Source: Amphiscolops sp. MND2022 (taxonomy: Eukaryota). From it: a stretch of DNA of 64,000 nt. The stretch covers positions 83,764,001 to 83,828,000 of the forward strand of contig OZ076409.1 of assembly GCA_964187785.1 (NCBI GenBank), read 5' to 3'. A program made the position numbers and the translations under genes. Under the pieces are notes generated by a model. It saw nothing but the letters and a program-made list of their open reading frames with translations. It was not told the DNA's origin and made no database searches. Shown here piece after piece: positions 49,066-59,848 of this stretch. The number at the start of each line of letters is the position of its first letter. Within the stretch, counting starts at the first letter, position 1.

Positions 49066-50289
49066 CATTTTAAATTCAAAACCTCCTTTCGCATTGAATA
49101 AAGTGAATTCCATCTTGCGCAATTTTTATTAGAAACTAGCGCTCTGTTAACACTGGGACTTTTTCAAATTTCAAAAACTCATCGCAAAGGTTCGGTTTTC
49201 AGTAAAAGTAGTTCTTATCATGCCCGCAAGCATGAAGAGACCTGACGACTGCAACCTATAGTCGTCAAAAACTCAGAAACTCAACATTATATTCAATCAA
49301 GAGTCATGAAGCTGATAAAAGGAGGAAAAGACGACTGGCTCAAACGGTCGTCAAGTAATAAATATTTTATATGCAAACCAATACAGTTCATATTTTTTAT
49401 GTCCTGAAAGTATTTTGAAGGCCAGAAGCATCTACAATTTAATTTTCCCAACTTTCTTTCCCTCTAGTCGTCACAAACTCAGAAACTCAACATTTTATTT
49501 AATCATTACATGCAAACCAAAAGAGTTGATTTTTTATGTTCTGAAGCATCGATTTATGCAATTCAGTTCGTAGTACTCAATTTTGTAAAAGTAATGGAAA
49601 CCACAACATTGACTATTGTCGTTAGTCATCAAATATACATAAAGCAGCGTTGTTCACTGAAGGTTCACACAGCAGCATTCGCAATTTTAAAATCACAGTA
49701 ACCATGGTTACAGGCTGCAATAATTTAGTGCTATCAACACAGTGCTGCATGATCCGAGTGCAAATACCTAATCTAGTATGAGGCAGTTGCGAAATAATAT
49801 TACGTGCTAGTATAAAGTAGGTGGTAACGACTGTAACATGCAGTCGTAATTGCGCTATAATTAACACCTGATGTAACAACCATTCAAGAATCAGTAACTA
49901 ACGACGCATAATTAATAGTGATTACCAGCAAAAAGTACAAACAAAGTTCATTAGGATTTCAGGTATCATACAGTGCAGACGCTCTCAGTACTGAATTTGT
50001 TTCCAATACTACGTTATTTTTGTAACCGAAAGATTTTCTCTAAAACACATTTCAAAAACATCAATTCAACTCTAAACCCCCAAGTAATTGCCTACGTGGT
50101 GATCATCAGAACCCAGACTGCAAGTAACACCCTAACTAGCAATACTAATATGAGTGATTATATCGATATTGATAGTGACATCAGTTTACCTGGATTTGGC
50201 TCGCAAAACGCAAATAGAGACCATCAGAGGGTCCTAATCCTACATAGGGTCATTGATATGAATCGTCAAATAGGGAAACCCTAGTACTA

Positions 50290-50690
50290 AACCTCACTGA
50301 GAATGTATGCTCTGGCAACGAGAAAAGAATTGCTCCAATGTTCAACGTGTAAGAACACCAAATCATTCTGACAGCTGGGGGCTTTCTATAAGACAACGGA
50401 AAACATGTGAGCGCCCCCGTTGGTGCCTACACCTACTTGTTGACTTCCGTATCTTGCTTGACATGATTCGAAGACACGGTATCCTGCACATTTTGCGGAC
50501 GATCCGTGGGAAGTATTGCCTACAGCGAACGTACGAAGTCCTATATCGGGCGTTTTCAGCGCAATCATATTGGCACCAAAGAAGTACGGTCAAAGTTTCA
50601 ATGGTACTTTTCACTCGACAATCACCTTCACGAGAGTTTTGAGTCTCTGAGAAAATTCAGTCCAGTTTTTCAATAATGGTTGTTTGTGTT
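50290..50690 (-). pseudogene. CRE-clade non-LTR retrotransposon RT fragment
   Basis: PYFFGANMIALKTPDIGLRTFAVGNT...SAKCA...QVGVGTNGGA matches the L.K..GG.RPIAVG...Q.GVG..GGA pattern of CRE/Cnl1-type RTs. Confidence 0.7.
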
Positions 50691-51209
50691 ATTTGCCGCA
50701 ATCTAACCTGCTGCTGATTTTCTTCTGGAGATTCAGGACCTAATTTGGGCTTCAAACGTTTTATCATCGAAAAGCAAGTGTTTTTAGGCTCTCATCCTGT
50801 TTATAAAGATCTTATTCCTCTACTTTTCTGTTTAAGGTCTCATTCCTTTGTTTTATCCCTTTTGAAATTGTTGGTGTTATTCTTCGTCACCATGAATGTA
50901 ACAACCAGGGATACCAATTAATAAAACCAATTACCAATTACCAACCCAATTAATTGTACGATTTTGACCCAATTAGCAATTACCAATTACTGAGAATAAA
51001 AAACCCAAATACCCAATCCCAATTAGTTGTCAACTTTATCCAAAAACCAATTAGTTTTAAAGGTGCGGAGTTTCAAACCCAATTATCCAATTTTGATTGG
51101 CATTATAACAGAATTCATAGAAATCAAATTTTACCGATATTCATACATCTTTTTGTCACCCTAGCTTCTGACAACGCGCTTCATCATTTTTCTTTCAATT
51201 TTTCATCAT

Positions 51210-52265
51210 TGTTGGCGCCAGAGATTGAGAAACCAACTTGAACATATTAGCTGGAAATCTTGAGTTACAAAACTTTGTAAAACACTCGAAACTCAAAAGC
51301 GTAATTAACTAACCTGTGCTGTTGTGATTAGTTGAAGTCAAATGATCAATTTGGTAATGGCGCTTAATGTTTGTCCCAAAGTTCATTGTACTTTGATTCT
51401 ATTCGAACGAGAACGGTGGCGTGATTTGAGGCAAATGTTATCTATCCAACCTATCGGTCAAATTTCCGTTCATATTGCAGTTTCATTGATAGATTTACCT
51501 CTTTATGGAAAATTTTGGAAGGAATTTCCAAATTGGAGGTGTGAGAGGTCCGAAAACGTGATGGAAAAAGTGATATTATGTAACTTTGTTATTTGAATAT
51601 CCTGTGATTTTAAAGGTTATCAACTGTACATCCGCTGAGTAGAGTATAAATTTGACCAATTTTGATACCATATTCAGAACGCTAATTAAAATATTCTTGA
51701 AACTTAAATGTCTTTGACAGCTGTTGAGTAGCTACCCCGGTTCCGGTTTAGACAGGTTGTGACTGGGAGGGTAGCATTGCACTACTCAACGATCGAAAAA
51801 ATAAACGATCAGCTGTTTTAGGAGTCCAAATCAATCAGAAAAGTACTCTTGAAATAGCTTCATTAGGCGTAGTAGGTCTAAGATCTAGGAAAGCGTTCTA
51901 TTATCGCTCATCGTAGTAGCGAGATTAAAAGCTCATCGTAAGAGCTATTCAATTGAAACGACAACCCTCTTTGGAGGCTTGGGTGGAAACAATCCGTTGA
52001 GGACGATCAGTTGCTGTGGTTGAGCGTACGACCTCCGGACAACAAGAGGTGAAGCAGATTTCCAGTCAAAAGAGGGATTGGGATCGAAGTGTTGCTTAGC
52101 CTGAAGAGTCTGGTGTTGAGGAGCACGAAGCCGCTAGCAGCTGAGAACTCATTGATTAGATACAGTCCTTTAGAAAGTTTGTTCCTGCTTTTGGCCGAAG
52201 AAGTGGGAAGGATCAGGGACCGGCAGAAAGCTCAATTCCGCTGTAAGATTTGAGCGGCCGTTACA
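51210..52265 (+). repeat. BEL/Pao 5' LTR
   Basis: tgttggcgcc...ccgttaca. Confidence 0.95.
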
Positions 52266-52326
52266 TTTGGTCCGCCGACCCGGACACTATTTGATTCGGA
52301 AATTGGATTGGAAATCGAGAAAGAAG

Positions 52327-55300
52327 ATGGCTTCGAACGTAATACCGGAGCTCGATATAACATGGTTCAAGGACGACAAAAGGTTGAAGGACCTGAAGAA
52401 GTCAGGTGATCTTGCCAAATGGAAAGCTGGCGTTGATGCCCTAGATAATAGCTTCAAAAACTTGAATGTGATTGTCTCAACAGATGAATTCAGCAAGAAA
52501 ACTGACTGGACTCCAGATACCAAACTGGTCGTCTTGGGGAAATTCTACAGTGAATTCTCAACTGAAAAGCAGAAGTTCATGGACTTGGTGACCTCGATCA
52601 CATCAATGTTGAAAACAAAGGCACTTGAAGAGCTTTTAGCTCATCAAAAACGAATTCTTTTTGGATTGGACAAAGCAGTGGAGCTATGGACGACAAACAA
52701 CGCTGCCCTCAAATGGATTGTCAAGAAATCAGAGCTCCTCATAACCAAAGCATCTATTGTGGAATATGGGAAGTTGGAAGACAAACAACGAGACATTCTT
52801 CAATCCCAAGCGGAGTTGAAACGAGAGATAAATGCTTTGATCGGACAAAAGGACAGAGTGTCAAAGATACGTCAACTCCTTCAACGGTTTACTCATAGAC
52901 TAGAGGAACATAGAAAGCTTCAACAGCAGAAGCGGCAACTCATCAAACCTCTTTTGCTCACTTTACAAATCGAGGAAGCTGATGAGCGTGCGCAGGAGAA
53001 AGATCTACTTGGCTGGCTGAGCTACTTGAACGAACGCGAGGAGCAAAATGCCAGAGATAAACAAAGTCAAATGGTTCATCAAAATTTCGACTTACCGGTG
53101 GCATCGAGGGAAGGCGAAGAACGCGTCCAAAATGTGGAGACAACAATGATACTGTCAGACAATGAAAATGAAGACGCTGAGCGCGTTGCCGGGCAAGGAA
53201 ATGCTGGAGCCATTGGAGGAACTCCAGCAGCGGACGTTCCCACGGAGGAACCTAACCCTAATGTAGGGGCAGCTGAAGTCAGCGTTGTATCCCCTCAAAA
53301 GGCATTCCCGATCACAGAAGAGCCAAAGGATATCATGGGCAGCGCTAGAAAACAATTGGGATCAATTCCTTCGTCTCGATCGTCTCGGAGACGTGTGGAA
53401 CTTGAAGCACAAATCTTCGAAGAACAAACAGAAGCTGAGATCAGAAAGAAGCAGCAGGAGATTGAGTTGAAACGGAAGCAACGAGAGATGGAATTGGCAA
53501 TAGCAAAGGAGGAACTAGAATTGGAAGAGATGACCCGCAAGAAACAGCTTCATCTGAAAATGAAGAAGTTGGAAATAATGGAGCGAGCATCATCGAGATC
53601 TAGCATTTGCAGCATGGATCATTCTGAGACTGAGAAAGCCGCGACTACAAAAGATTGGTTGGAGTCGTCGAGGAACCTTTTCAATCACTCGAACGAGGAC
53701 CAAAATCAACCGAACCTATATGTGAAGAGTGAAGAACAAGGCACATCATACGACTTCAATGACGACCAGGAGTATGTTTCAAAGGACCCATCGTTGCCCG
53801 GAAAACAAACAGACGTCAAAAGGAAAACAATTAAGTTCAACCCCGAGAAGATGTTTGTACCTCAGACAATCTCAACGCCCGCTGCGAGCAACAGCCCATT
53901 AAAACAATGGCAACGTAATCAACCGTTGGCAACAACATCATTCGGAGCTCTTCCAGCAGTAATGTCACCAATGAAACTACCGAAACTGGTTTTGGACAAG
54001 TTCGCTGGAGATCCTCTCGAGTGGCCTGAGTGGTCTGGGCAGTTTCTAGCAACTGTGGATCAAGCTGGAGTACCGGACAGTGTCAAGATGAACTACTTGA
54101 AAACTCTTGTAACGGGAAGAGCGAAATCATCAATAGACGGCATGGGCTACTCTGGTGGCATGTATCAAGTGGCTTGGCAAACACTTGAGCAAGATTTCGG
54201 TCGACCAGAACTTGTTGTCAATGCACAACTGAAGAGGATCCACTCTTACGGATTCATCAAATCTCACGATTCAGTGGACATCATAAAGTATTCGCAAGTG
54301 GTTTCTGGATGTGTCAATGTCCTCACTCAGTATGGGTATGAAAGTGACATTGCTTCGGAGTCAGTGCTTAACAGTGCAGTAAGGAAACTACCAATCGAGC
54401 TCAAAAATAAATGGCTCTCTCACCTGCAACGATTCGACCCGACATACAAGAGCTTGAGGGTGTTCAGCGCCTGGTTGAAAAACATTGCTCAGGTACAAGA
54501 GAACATCCGCTTACAGTTCGGAAATGCAGGTGACAAGACGAAATCAACAACAAACAAAGACAAACCGAAGACAACCAGTTTTGCTGCTTCGACGGACTCC
54601 TCCACCAAAGGCAAACCCTCGTGTCCATTGAAAGACGGGGAACACAAGTTGTGGCAATGTGAATTGTTCAAAAATATGAAACTAGCTGAACGATACGAAA
54701 CGGTGAAGAAATACAACTTGTGCTTTTCTTGTCTCAGTTCCGGTCATCGCATTGGACAATGCAAAAGCAACAGACTTTGTGGCAAGAATGGGTGCGGTAA
54801 ACACCACAATCGCCTGTTGCACAGTGAAGAGAAACCAGATAGCAGTAAAATGGAATCGAAAGGAGCGGATGGTGAGCAACCGAATCCAGTAGCCATCGCG
54901 AACTCATGCAGTGGGAGTCTGCAGATTGTGGCTTTGAGATTGTCACATGGAAACAAATCGTGTGACACTTTGGCTATTTGTGACACGGGTTCTACGCTAT
55001 CCTTCGTTGACGCAACACTGAAGAAAGAACTTCAAGCACAAGGTACTGGCTTGACTCTCAACATTGCAGGGATCAATGGCACGAAACAAATGCAAAGCGA
55101 GAAAGTGAAATTGGAAATCACAACTCCTACAGCTCGAGAAACTGTTTTGTTTCATGTGCATCCAAGCATGTTTCTGGGGAACAAGTCTTACGATTATCAC
55201 TTTATCAAACAGAAATACAAACATCTAGATGTCCTACCAAATGCAGTGTTCGATTTGAGCAAAGTCAAGGTGGTTCTTGGGCAAGATAACTACCATTTGC

Positions 55301-58300
55301 TCTATCCAGTGGAATACAAGAAGGGACACAAAAATGAACCATGGGCGGTCAGAAATAAACTGGGATGGACGCTCAGTGGCCCGCTTCCGAAACATGAAGT
55401 GGCCAATGTTGCATCAGCTACGAGTCATCTGGCATCAGAAGATAGTGAACTGAGCGTACAGCTAAAGTCCTGGTTCAGTATGGAATCATACGCGACGAGG
55501 GTGAACGTCAGCGGACGGTCAAAGGACGATAAAAGAGCTTTGGCGCAGTTGGCACAAACAACTAAATTGGTCGATGGTAGATATGAAGTCGGCCTACCAT
55601 GGGCAGAAGATAACCCGAAGATCGAAAACAACTACTTCTCAGCGCATTCACAATTTTGCTCTTTGGAAAGACGCTTGGAAAAGGATCTTTCATTGAAAGC
55701 TAGATATCGAGACACAATTAAAGTAGATCTGGAGAATGAATATGTCAGGAAACTGGATGAAGAAGAACTTGGAGAAACGAAGGATGAGACTCAGTGGTAC
55801 GTGCCTCACCATCCCGTGATAAACCCTCACAAACCAGAGAAAGTCCGAAGGGTTTGCAATGCTGCAGCGAAATTTCGAGGAACTTCTCTGAACGATATGC
55901 TTCTCACGGGACCTGACCTCCTTCAAAACTTGGTGGGAATCATCTTCAGGTTCCGGGAGCATCCAATTGCCCTTACAGCTGACATAGAAGCGATGTTCTT
56001 GCAAGTTAAAGTGCCACCGCAAGACTGCAAGGTGTTACGTTTCTTATGGAGGAATAACCCGAGTGATCCGATCTCCGTGTATGAATACACCCGGCATATT
56101 TTTGGAGCAAAGAGTAGCCCAACTTGTGCTAATTTTGCGCTGCAGAGAAATGCGAAGGACAACGAAAAGGACCACCCCATGGCGGCAAAAATCATCCAAA
56201 GGAACTTCTACATGGACGACTTTGCAAAATCAGTAGAGACTGAAGAAGAAGCACGTTTTGTGTACCAAGACGTGAGAGAGACATTGAGGCTCGGAGGTTT
56301 TAACTTGTTGAAATGGATCTGCAACAGTGAAGCTGTATGTAATTCGATACCTGAAAAAGATCGATCAGACGCAGTCAATAAGACCTTTGAGGCAGAGCCG
56401 CATACCTCTTCGCTTTTGGGACTTCAATGGAAAGTAGAAGCAGACGAACTTGAAGTTTGCCGTGGAGCTGACAAAGAAGTGCCAGTGAAAATCACTCAGA
56501 GAGCAGTACTCTCTTTCGTAGCCTCTGTCTTCGACCCACTTGGACTATTTGCACCATTCACAATGAGAATGAGGATGTTGCTGAAGACGATCTGGGCGAA
56601 GACAGGTCAACAATGGGATCAAGAAATTGACATTGATGATCAGACAGTTTTCCTAACATGGGCTAACGAGTTGAATCAATTGCCAAGTTCTCCACTGAGA
56701 CGCAGATACTTCATGAGCCAGTTTGATAAAGTGGACTTGCACATCTTTTCAGACGCCTCTTTGGAATCCATGTGCATTGTTGCGTACATAAGGGCTCTTA
56801 CACCAAGCGGAACAGAAGTTTCATTCGTGACGGGAAAGTGCCGAATAGCCCCAATGAAACAACAAACTATACCCAAGCTGGAGCTGCAAGCAGCATTGTA
56901 CTCGGTGAGACTTAGGCAGCTGATAGAGAAGGAACACGACATCAAAATGGATTCAGTGACCCATTGGACGGATTCAATGACAGTGCTGAGGTGGCTTCAT
57001 GCAGCACATAAGAAACAACAGGTGTTCGTCGCTAACAGAGTCGGGGAAATACTTGATCAATCAACTGTAGACGAGTGGCGACATGTGAAAGGCTCCATGA
57101 ACCCTGCGGATATTGGAACTCGAGGTGTCACTCTTGAGCAGTTGCGAGAAAGTGAGTGGCTACACGGGCCGGCCTGGTTGCAAGATGAACCGGAGAACTG
57201 GCCAGAGCAGCAGTTAGTCGAACACGAGGACGAACAAACATGGACTATAGCTTCCAGAGAGAGTATTCTTGATTGGACTAGATTCAGCCAATTCAAGCGA
57301 TTACTCAATATGCTTGTCTACTGTCGAAGAATCAAAAACAAAAGAAGAGGACCCTTGATGCCCGATGAGCTGAATTCAGCAGAATTGACGATCCTGCAAC
57401 TCTCACAGCGGGAGAGCTACCCTGAGCTGTATGAAAAGCTCATCAAAAGTAGTGGAAAGCCTGCCAAGAATGACTTGGCTAAATTGTGTCCATTTCTAGA
57501 CAAGCAGGGCACAATTAGACTGAAAGGACGGCTGAACAAGTCAATGCTTCCTGATGAGACGAAGCATCCAATTCTTCTTTCAGCTAAACACCCTGCGATT
57601 GTTCTTCTCGTGAGACAAGCTCACGTGGACAATCATCATGAAGGAACTGAGCATGTCAGAAACATACTCCAGCAACAATACTGGATAACTGGACTCAGAA
57701 ACGCTTTGAGACGCATCAAGTACAGCTGTGTACAATGTCGGAAAGCTGCTTCACAACCGTTTCAACCTCACATGGCAGACTTGCCTAAGGAGCGAGTGCA
57801 GCAGAACGTGTACCCTTTCAGCAACACAGGGGTCGACTACTTTGGACCCTTCGAAGTGACATTCTTCAGGAAGACAGTCAAGTACTGGTGTTGTCTCTTC
57901 ACTTGTCTAGTCACTAGAGCAGTTCACATCGAAGTCGTGAACGGCTTGGCCACAGACGCGTGCATGATGGCAATCACGCGATTCATGGCAAGGAGAGGCA
58001 AGCCATTGAAAATCATCAGTGACAATGGCACTAACTTTGTTGGAGCTGCACGGGAGTTCAAAGAATGCTTCAGTGAATGGAATCAAGATGCTATTTCGGA
58101 AAATCTTGCAAAGCAGCGCGTCGTTTGGCAATTCAATCCCCCCGGAGCGCCACATTTCGGTGGTATATGGGAGCGACTTGTGAGAAGTTGCAAAAAGTCT
58201 ATGATTGCTATCTTGGGAAGTCGACGCTTGACTCTACCAGTACTCACCACAACGATGTGTCTGGTTGAACAGACGCTAAATTCAAGGCCTTTGACGCCTG

Positions 58301-58755
58301 TCAGTGATGATCCAGAGGATCTAGAGGCATTAACGCCTAACCATTTTCTACTGGGCAGACATGCAATTTCGGAGCCATTATTTCCGGATGCATCAAGATA
58401 CGTGAACTGTCGAAAGCTCTACAAAGCGTCTCAAGCATATCATGAAATGATATGGAAAAGATGGGCTCGCGATTATCTGCCGCAATGGAACGTGCGACCT
58501 AAATGGGGGAGCAATGACGTGCGAGCCCTCCAAGTAGGTGATCTGGTGTGGGTCATTGATGAGTCAGTGAAGCGGTGCAAAAATCAAATGGCTAGAGTTT
58601 TGGATGTCTTCCCGGGCAGTGATGGAGTGGTTCGATCAGCAAAGATACAGACTTCAAATGGGATATTCGTTCGACCCGCTGTGAAGCTGGCGCCACTATT
58701 GGACGATTGTTTTCAGAGAGAAAACAGGGCCGGCGATGTTGGCGCCAGAGATTGA
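52327..58755 (+). CDS. BEL/Pao Gag-Pol polyprotein (DUF1759-type gag, Cys/His knuckles, protease, RT, RNase H, integrase)
   Basis: Uninterrupted ORF, first ATG at 52327. Motifs FAGDPLEWPEW, CFSCLSSGH, ICDTGS, KVRRVCNAAA, FYMDD, FSDAS, TIPKLEL, NPADIGTRG, GVDYFGP, SDNGTNF and GGIWERLV. The stop lies 19 bp inside the 3' LTR. Confidence 0.96.
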   Translation: MASNVIPELDITWFKDDKRLKDLKKSGDLAKWKAGVDALDNSFKNLNVIVSTDEFSKKTDWTPDTKLVVLGKFYSEFSTEKQKFMDLVTSITSMLKTKALEELLAHQKRILFGLDKAVELWTTNNAALKWIVKKSELLITKASIVEYGKLEDKQRDILQSQAELKREINALIGQKDRVSKIRQLLQRFTHRLEEHRKLQQQKRQLIKPLLLTLQIEEADERAQEKDLLGWLSYLNEREEQNARDKQSQMVHQNFDLPVASREGEERVQNVETTMILSDNENEDAERVAGQGNAGAIGGTPAADVPTEEPNPNVGAAEVSVVSPQKAFPITEEPKDIMGSARKQLGSIPSSRSSRRRVELEAQIFEEQTEAEIRKKQQEIELKRKQREMELAIAKEELELEEMTRKKQLHLKMKKLEIMERASSRSSICSMDHSETEKAATTKDWLESSRNLFNHSNEDQNQPNLYVKSEEQGTSYDFNDDQEYVSKDPSLPGKQTDVKRKTIKFNPEKMFVPQTISTPAASNSPLKQWQRNQPLATTSFGALPAVMSPMKLPKLVLDKFAGDPLEWPEWSGQFLATVDQAGVPDSVKMNYLKTLVTGRAKSSIDGMGYSGGMYQVAWQTLEQDFGRPELVVNAQLKRIHSYGFIKSHDSVDIIKYSQVVSGCVNVLTQYGYESDIASESVLNSAVRKLPIELKNKWLSHLQRFDPTYKSLRVFSAWLKNIAQVQENIRLQFGNAGDKTKSTTNKDKPKTTSFAASTDSSTKGKPSCPLKDGEHKLWQCELFKNMKLAERYETVKKYNLCFSCLSSGHRIGQCKSNRLCGKNGCGKHHNRLLHSEEKPDSSKMESKGADGEQPNPVAIANSCSGSLQIVALRLSHGNKSCDTLAICDTGSTLSFVDATLKKELQAQGTGLTLNIAGINGTKQMQSEKVKLEITTPTARETVLFHVHPSMFLGNKSYDYHFIKQKYKHLDVLPNAVFDLSKVKVVLGQDNYHLLYPVEYKKGHKNEPWAVRNKLGWTLSGPLPKHEVANVASATSHLASEDSELSVQLKSWFSMESYATRVNVSGRSKDDKRALAQLAQTTKLVDGRYEVGLPWAEDNPKIENNYFSAHSQFCSLERRLEKDLSLKARYRDTIKVDLENEYVRKLDEEELGETKDETQWYVPHHPVINPHKPEKVRRVCNAAAKFRGTSLNDMLLTGPDLLQNLVGIIFRFREHPIALTADIEAMFLQVKVPPQDCKVLRFLWRNNPSDPISVYEYTRHIFGAKSSPTCANFALQRNAKDNEKDHPMAAKIIQRNFYMDDFAKSVETEEEARFVYQDVRETLRLGGFNLLKWICNSEAVCNSIPEKDRSDAVNKTFEAEPHTSSLLGLQWKVEADELEVCRGADKEVPVKITQRAVLSFVASVFDPLGLFAPFTMRMRMLLKTIWAKTGQQWDQEIDIDDQTVFLTWANELNQLPSSPLRRRYFMSQFDKVDLHIFSDASLESMCIVAYIRALTPSGTEVSFVTGKCRIAPMKQQTIPKLELQAALYSVRLRQLIEKEHDIKMDSVTHWTDSMTVLRWLHAAHKKQQVFVANRVGEILDQSTVDEWRHVKGSMNPADIGTRGVTLEQLRESEWLHGPAWLQDEPENWPEQQLVEHEDEQTWTIASRESILDWTRFSQFKRLLNMLVYCRRIKNKRRGPLMPDELNSAELTILQLSQRESYPELYEKLIKSSGKPAKNDLAKLCPFLDKQGTIRLKGRLNKSMLPDETKHPILLSAKHPAIVLLVRQAHVDNHHEGTEHVRNILQQQYWITGLRNALRRIKYSCVQCRKAASQPFQPHMADLPKERVQQNVYPFSNTGVDYFGPFEVTFFRKTVKYWCCLFTCLVTRAVHIEVVNGLATDACMMAITRFMARRGKPLKIISDNGTNFVGAAREFKECFSEWNQDAISENLAKQRVVWQFNPPGAPHFGGIWERLVRSCKKSMIAILGSRRLTLPVLTTTMCLVEQTLNSRPLTPVSDDPEDLEALTPNHFLLGRHAISEPLFPDASRYVNCRKLYKASQAYHEMIWKRWARDYLPQWNVRPKWGSNDVRALQVGDLVWVIDESVKRCKNQMARVLDVFPGSDGVVRSAKIQTSNGIFVRPAVKLAPLLDDCFQRENRAGDVGARD

Positions 58756-59792
58756 GAAACCAACTTGAACATATTAGCTGGAAATCTTGAGTTACAAAAC
58801 TTTGTAAAACACTCGAAACTCAAAAGCGTAATTAACTAACCTGTGCTGTTGTGATTAGTTCAAGTCAAATGATCAATTTGGTAATGGCGCTTAATGTTTG
58901 TCCCAAAGTTCATTGTACTTTGATTCTATTCGAACGAGAACGGTGGCGTGATTTGAGGCAAATGTTATCTATCCAACCTATCGGTCAAATTGCCGTTCAT
59001 ATTGCAGTTTCATTGATAGATTTACCTCTTTATGGAAAATTTTGGAAGGAATTTCCAAATTGGAGGTGTGAGAGGTCCGAAAACGTGATGGAAAAAGTGA
59101 TATTATGTAACTTTGTTATTTGAATATCCTGTGATTTTAAAGGTTATCAACTGTACATCCGCTGAGTAGAGTATAAATTTGACCAATTTTGATACCATAT
59201 TCAGAACGCTAATTAAAATATTCTTGAAACTTAAATGTCTTTGACAGCTGTTGAGTAGCTACCCCGGTTCCGGTTTAGACAGGTTGTGACTGGGAGGGTA
59301 GCATTGCACTACTCAACGATCGAAAAAATAAACGATCAGCTGTTTTAGGAGTCCAAATCAATCAGAAAAGTACTCTTGAAATAGCTTCATTAGGCGTAGT
59401 AGGTCTAAGATCTAGGAAAGCGTTCTATTATCGCTCATCGTAGTAGCGAGATTAAAAGCTCATCGTAAGAGCTATTCAATTGAAACGACAACCCTCTTTG
59501 GAGGCTTGGGTGGAAACAATCCGTTGAGGACGATCAGTTGCTGTGGTTGAGCGTACGACCTCCGGACAACAAGAGGTGAAGCAGATTTCCAGTCAAAAGA
59601 GGGATTGGGATCGAAGTGTTGCTTAGCCTGAAGAGTCTGGTGTTGAGGAGCACGAAGCCGCTAGCAGCTGAGAACTCATTGAACAGATACAGTCCTTTAG
59701 AAAGTTTGTTCCTGCTTTTGGCCGAAGAAGTGGGAAGGATCAGGGACCGGCAGAAAGCTCAATTCCGCTGTAAGATTTGAGCGGCCGTTACA
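58737..59792 (+). repeat. BEL/Pao 3' LTR
   Basis: Direct repeat of 51210-52265. Confidence 0.95.
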
Positions 59793-59848
59793 ATCATGTT
59801 TTACTTTTTATAAGAAACGCAAATTGCAAACTATATTTTCAGTTCAGC

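Larger units (their letters stand above)
51210..59792 (+). mobile_element. Intact BEL/Pao LTR retrotransposon, 8,583 bp
   Basis: 1056-bp LTRs at 51210-52265 and 58737-59792 (4 differences seen); 5-bp TSD atcat; PBS tggtccgccgacccgga (resembles a tRNA-Tyr 3' complement); purine-rich tract at 58715-58736. Confidence 0.96.

Noticed and set aside
51342..51596. 84-90-aa ORF in both BEL LTRs (also 58851-59123)
   Set aside because: It is duplicated only because the LTR is; no domain or other coding evidence.
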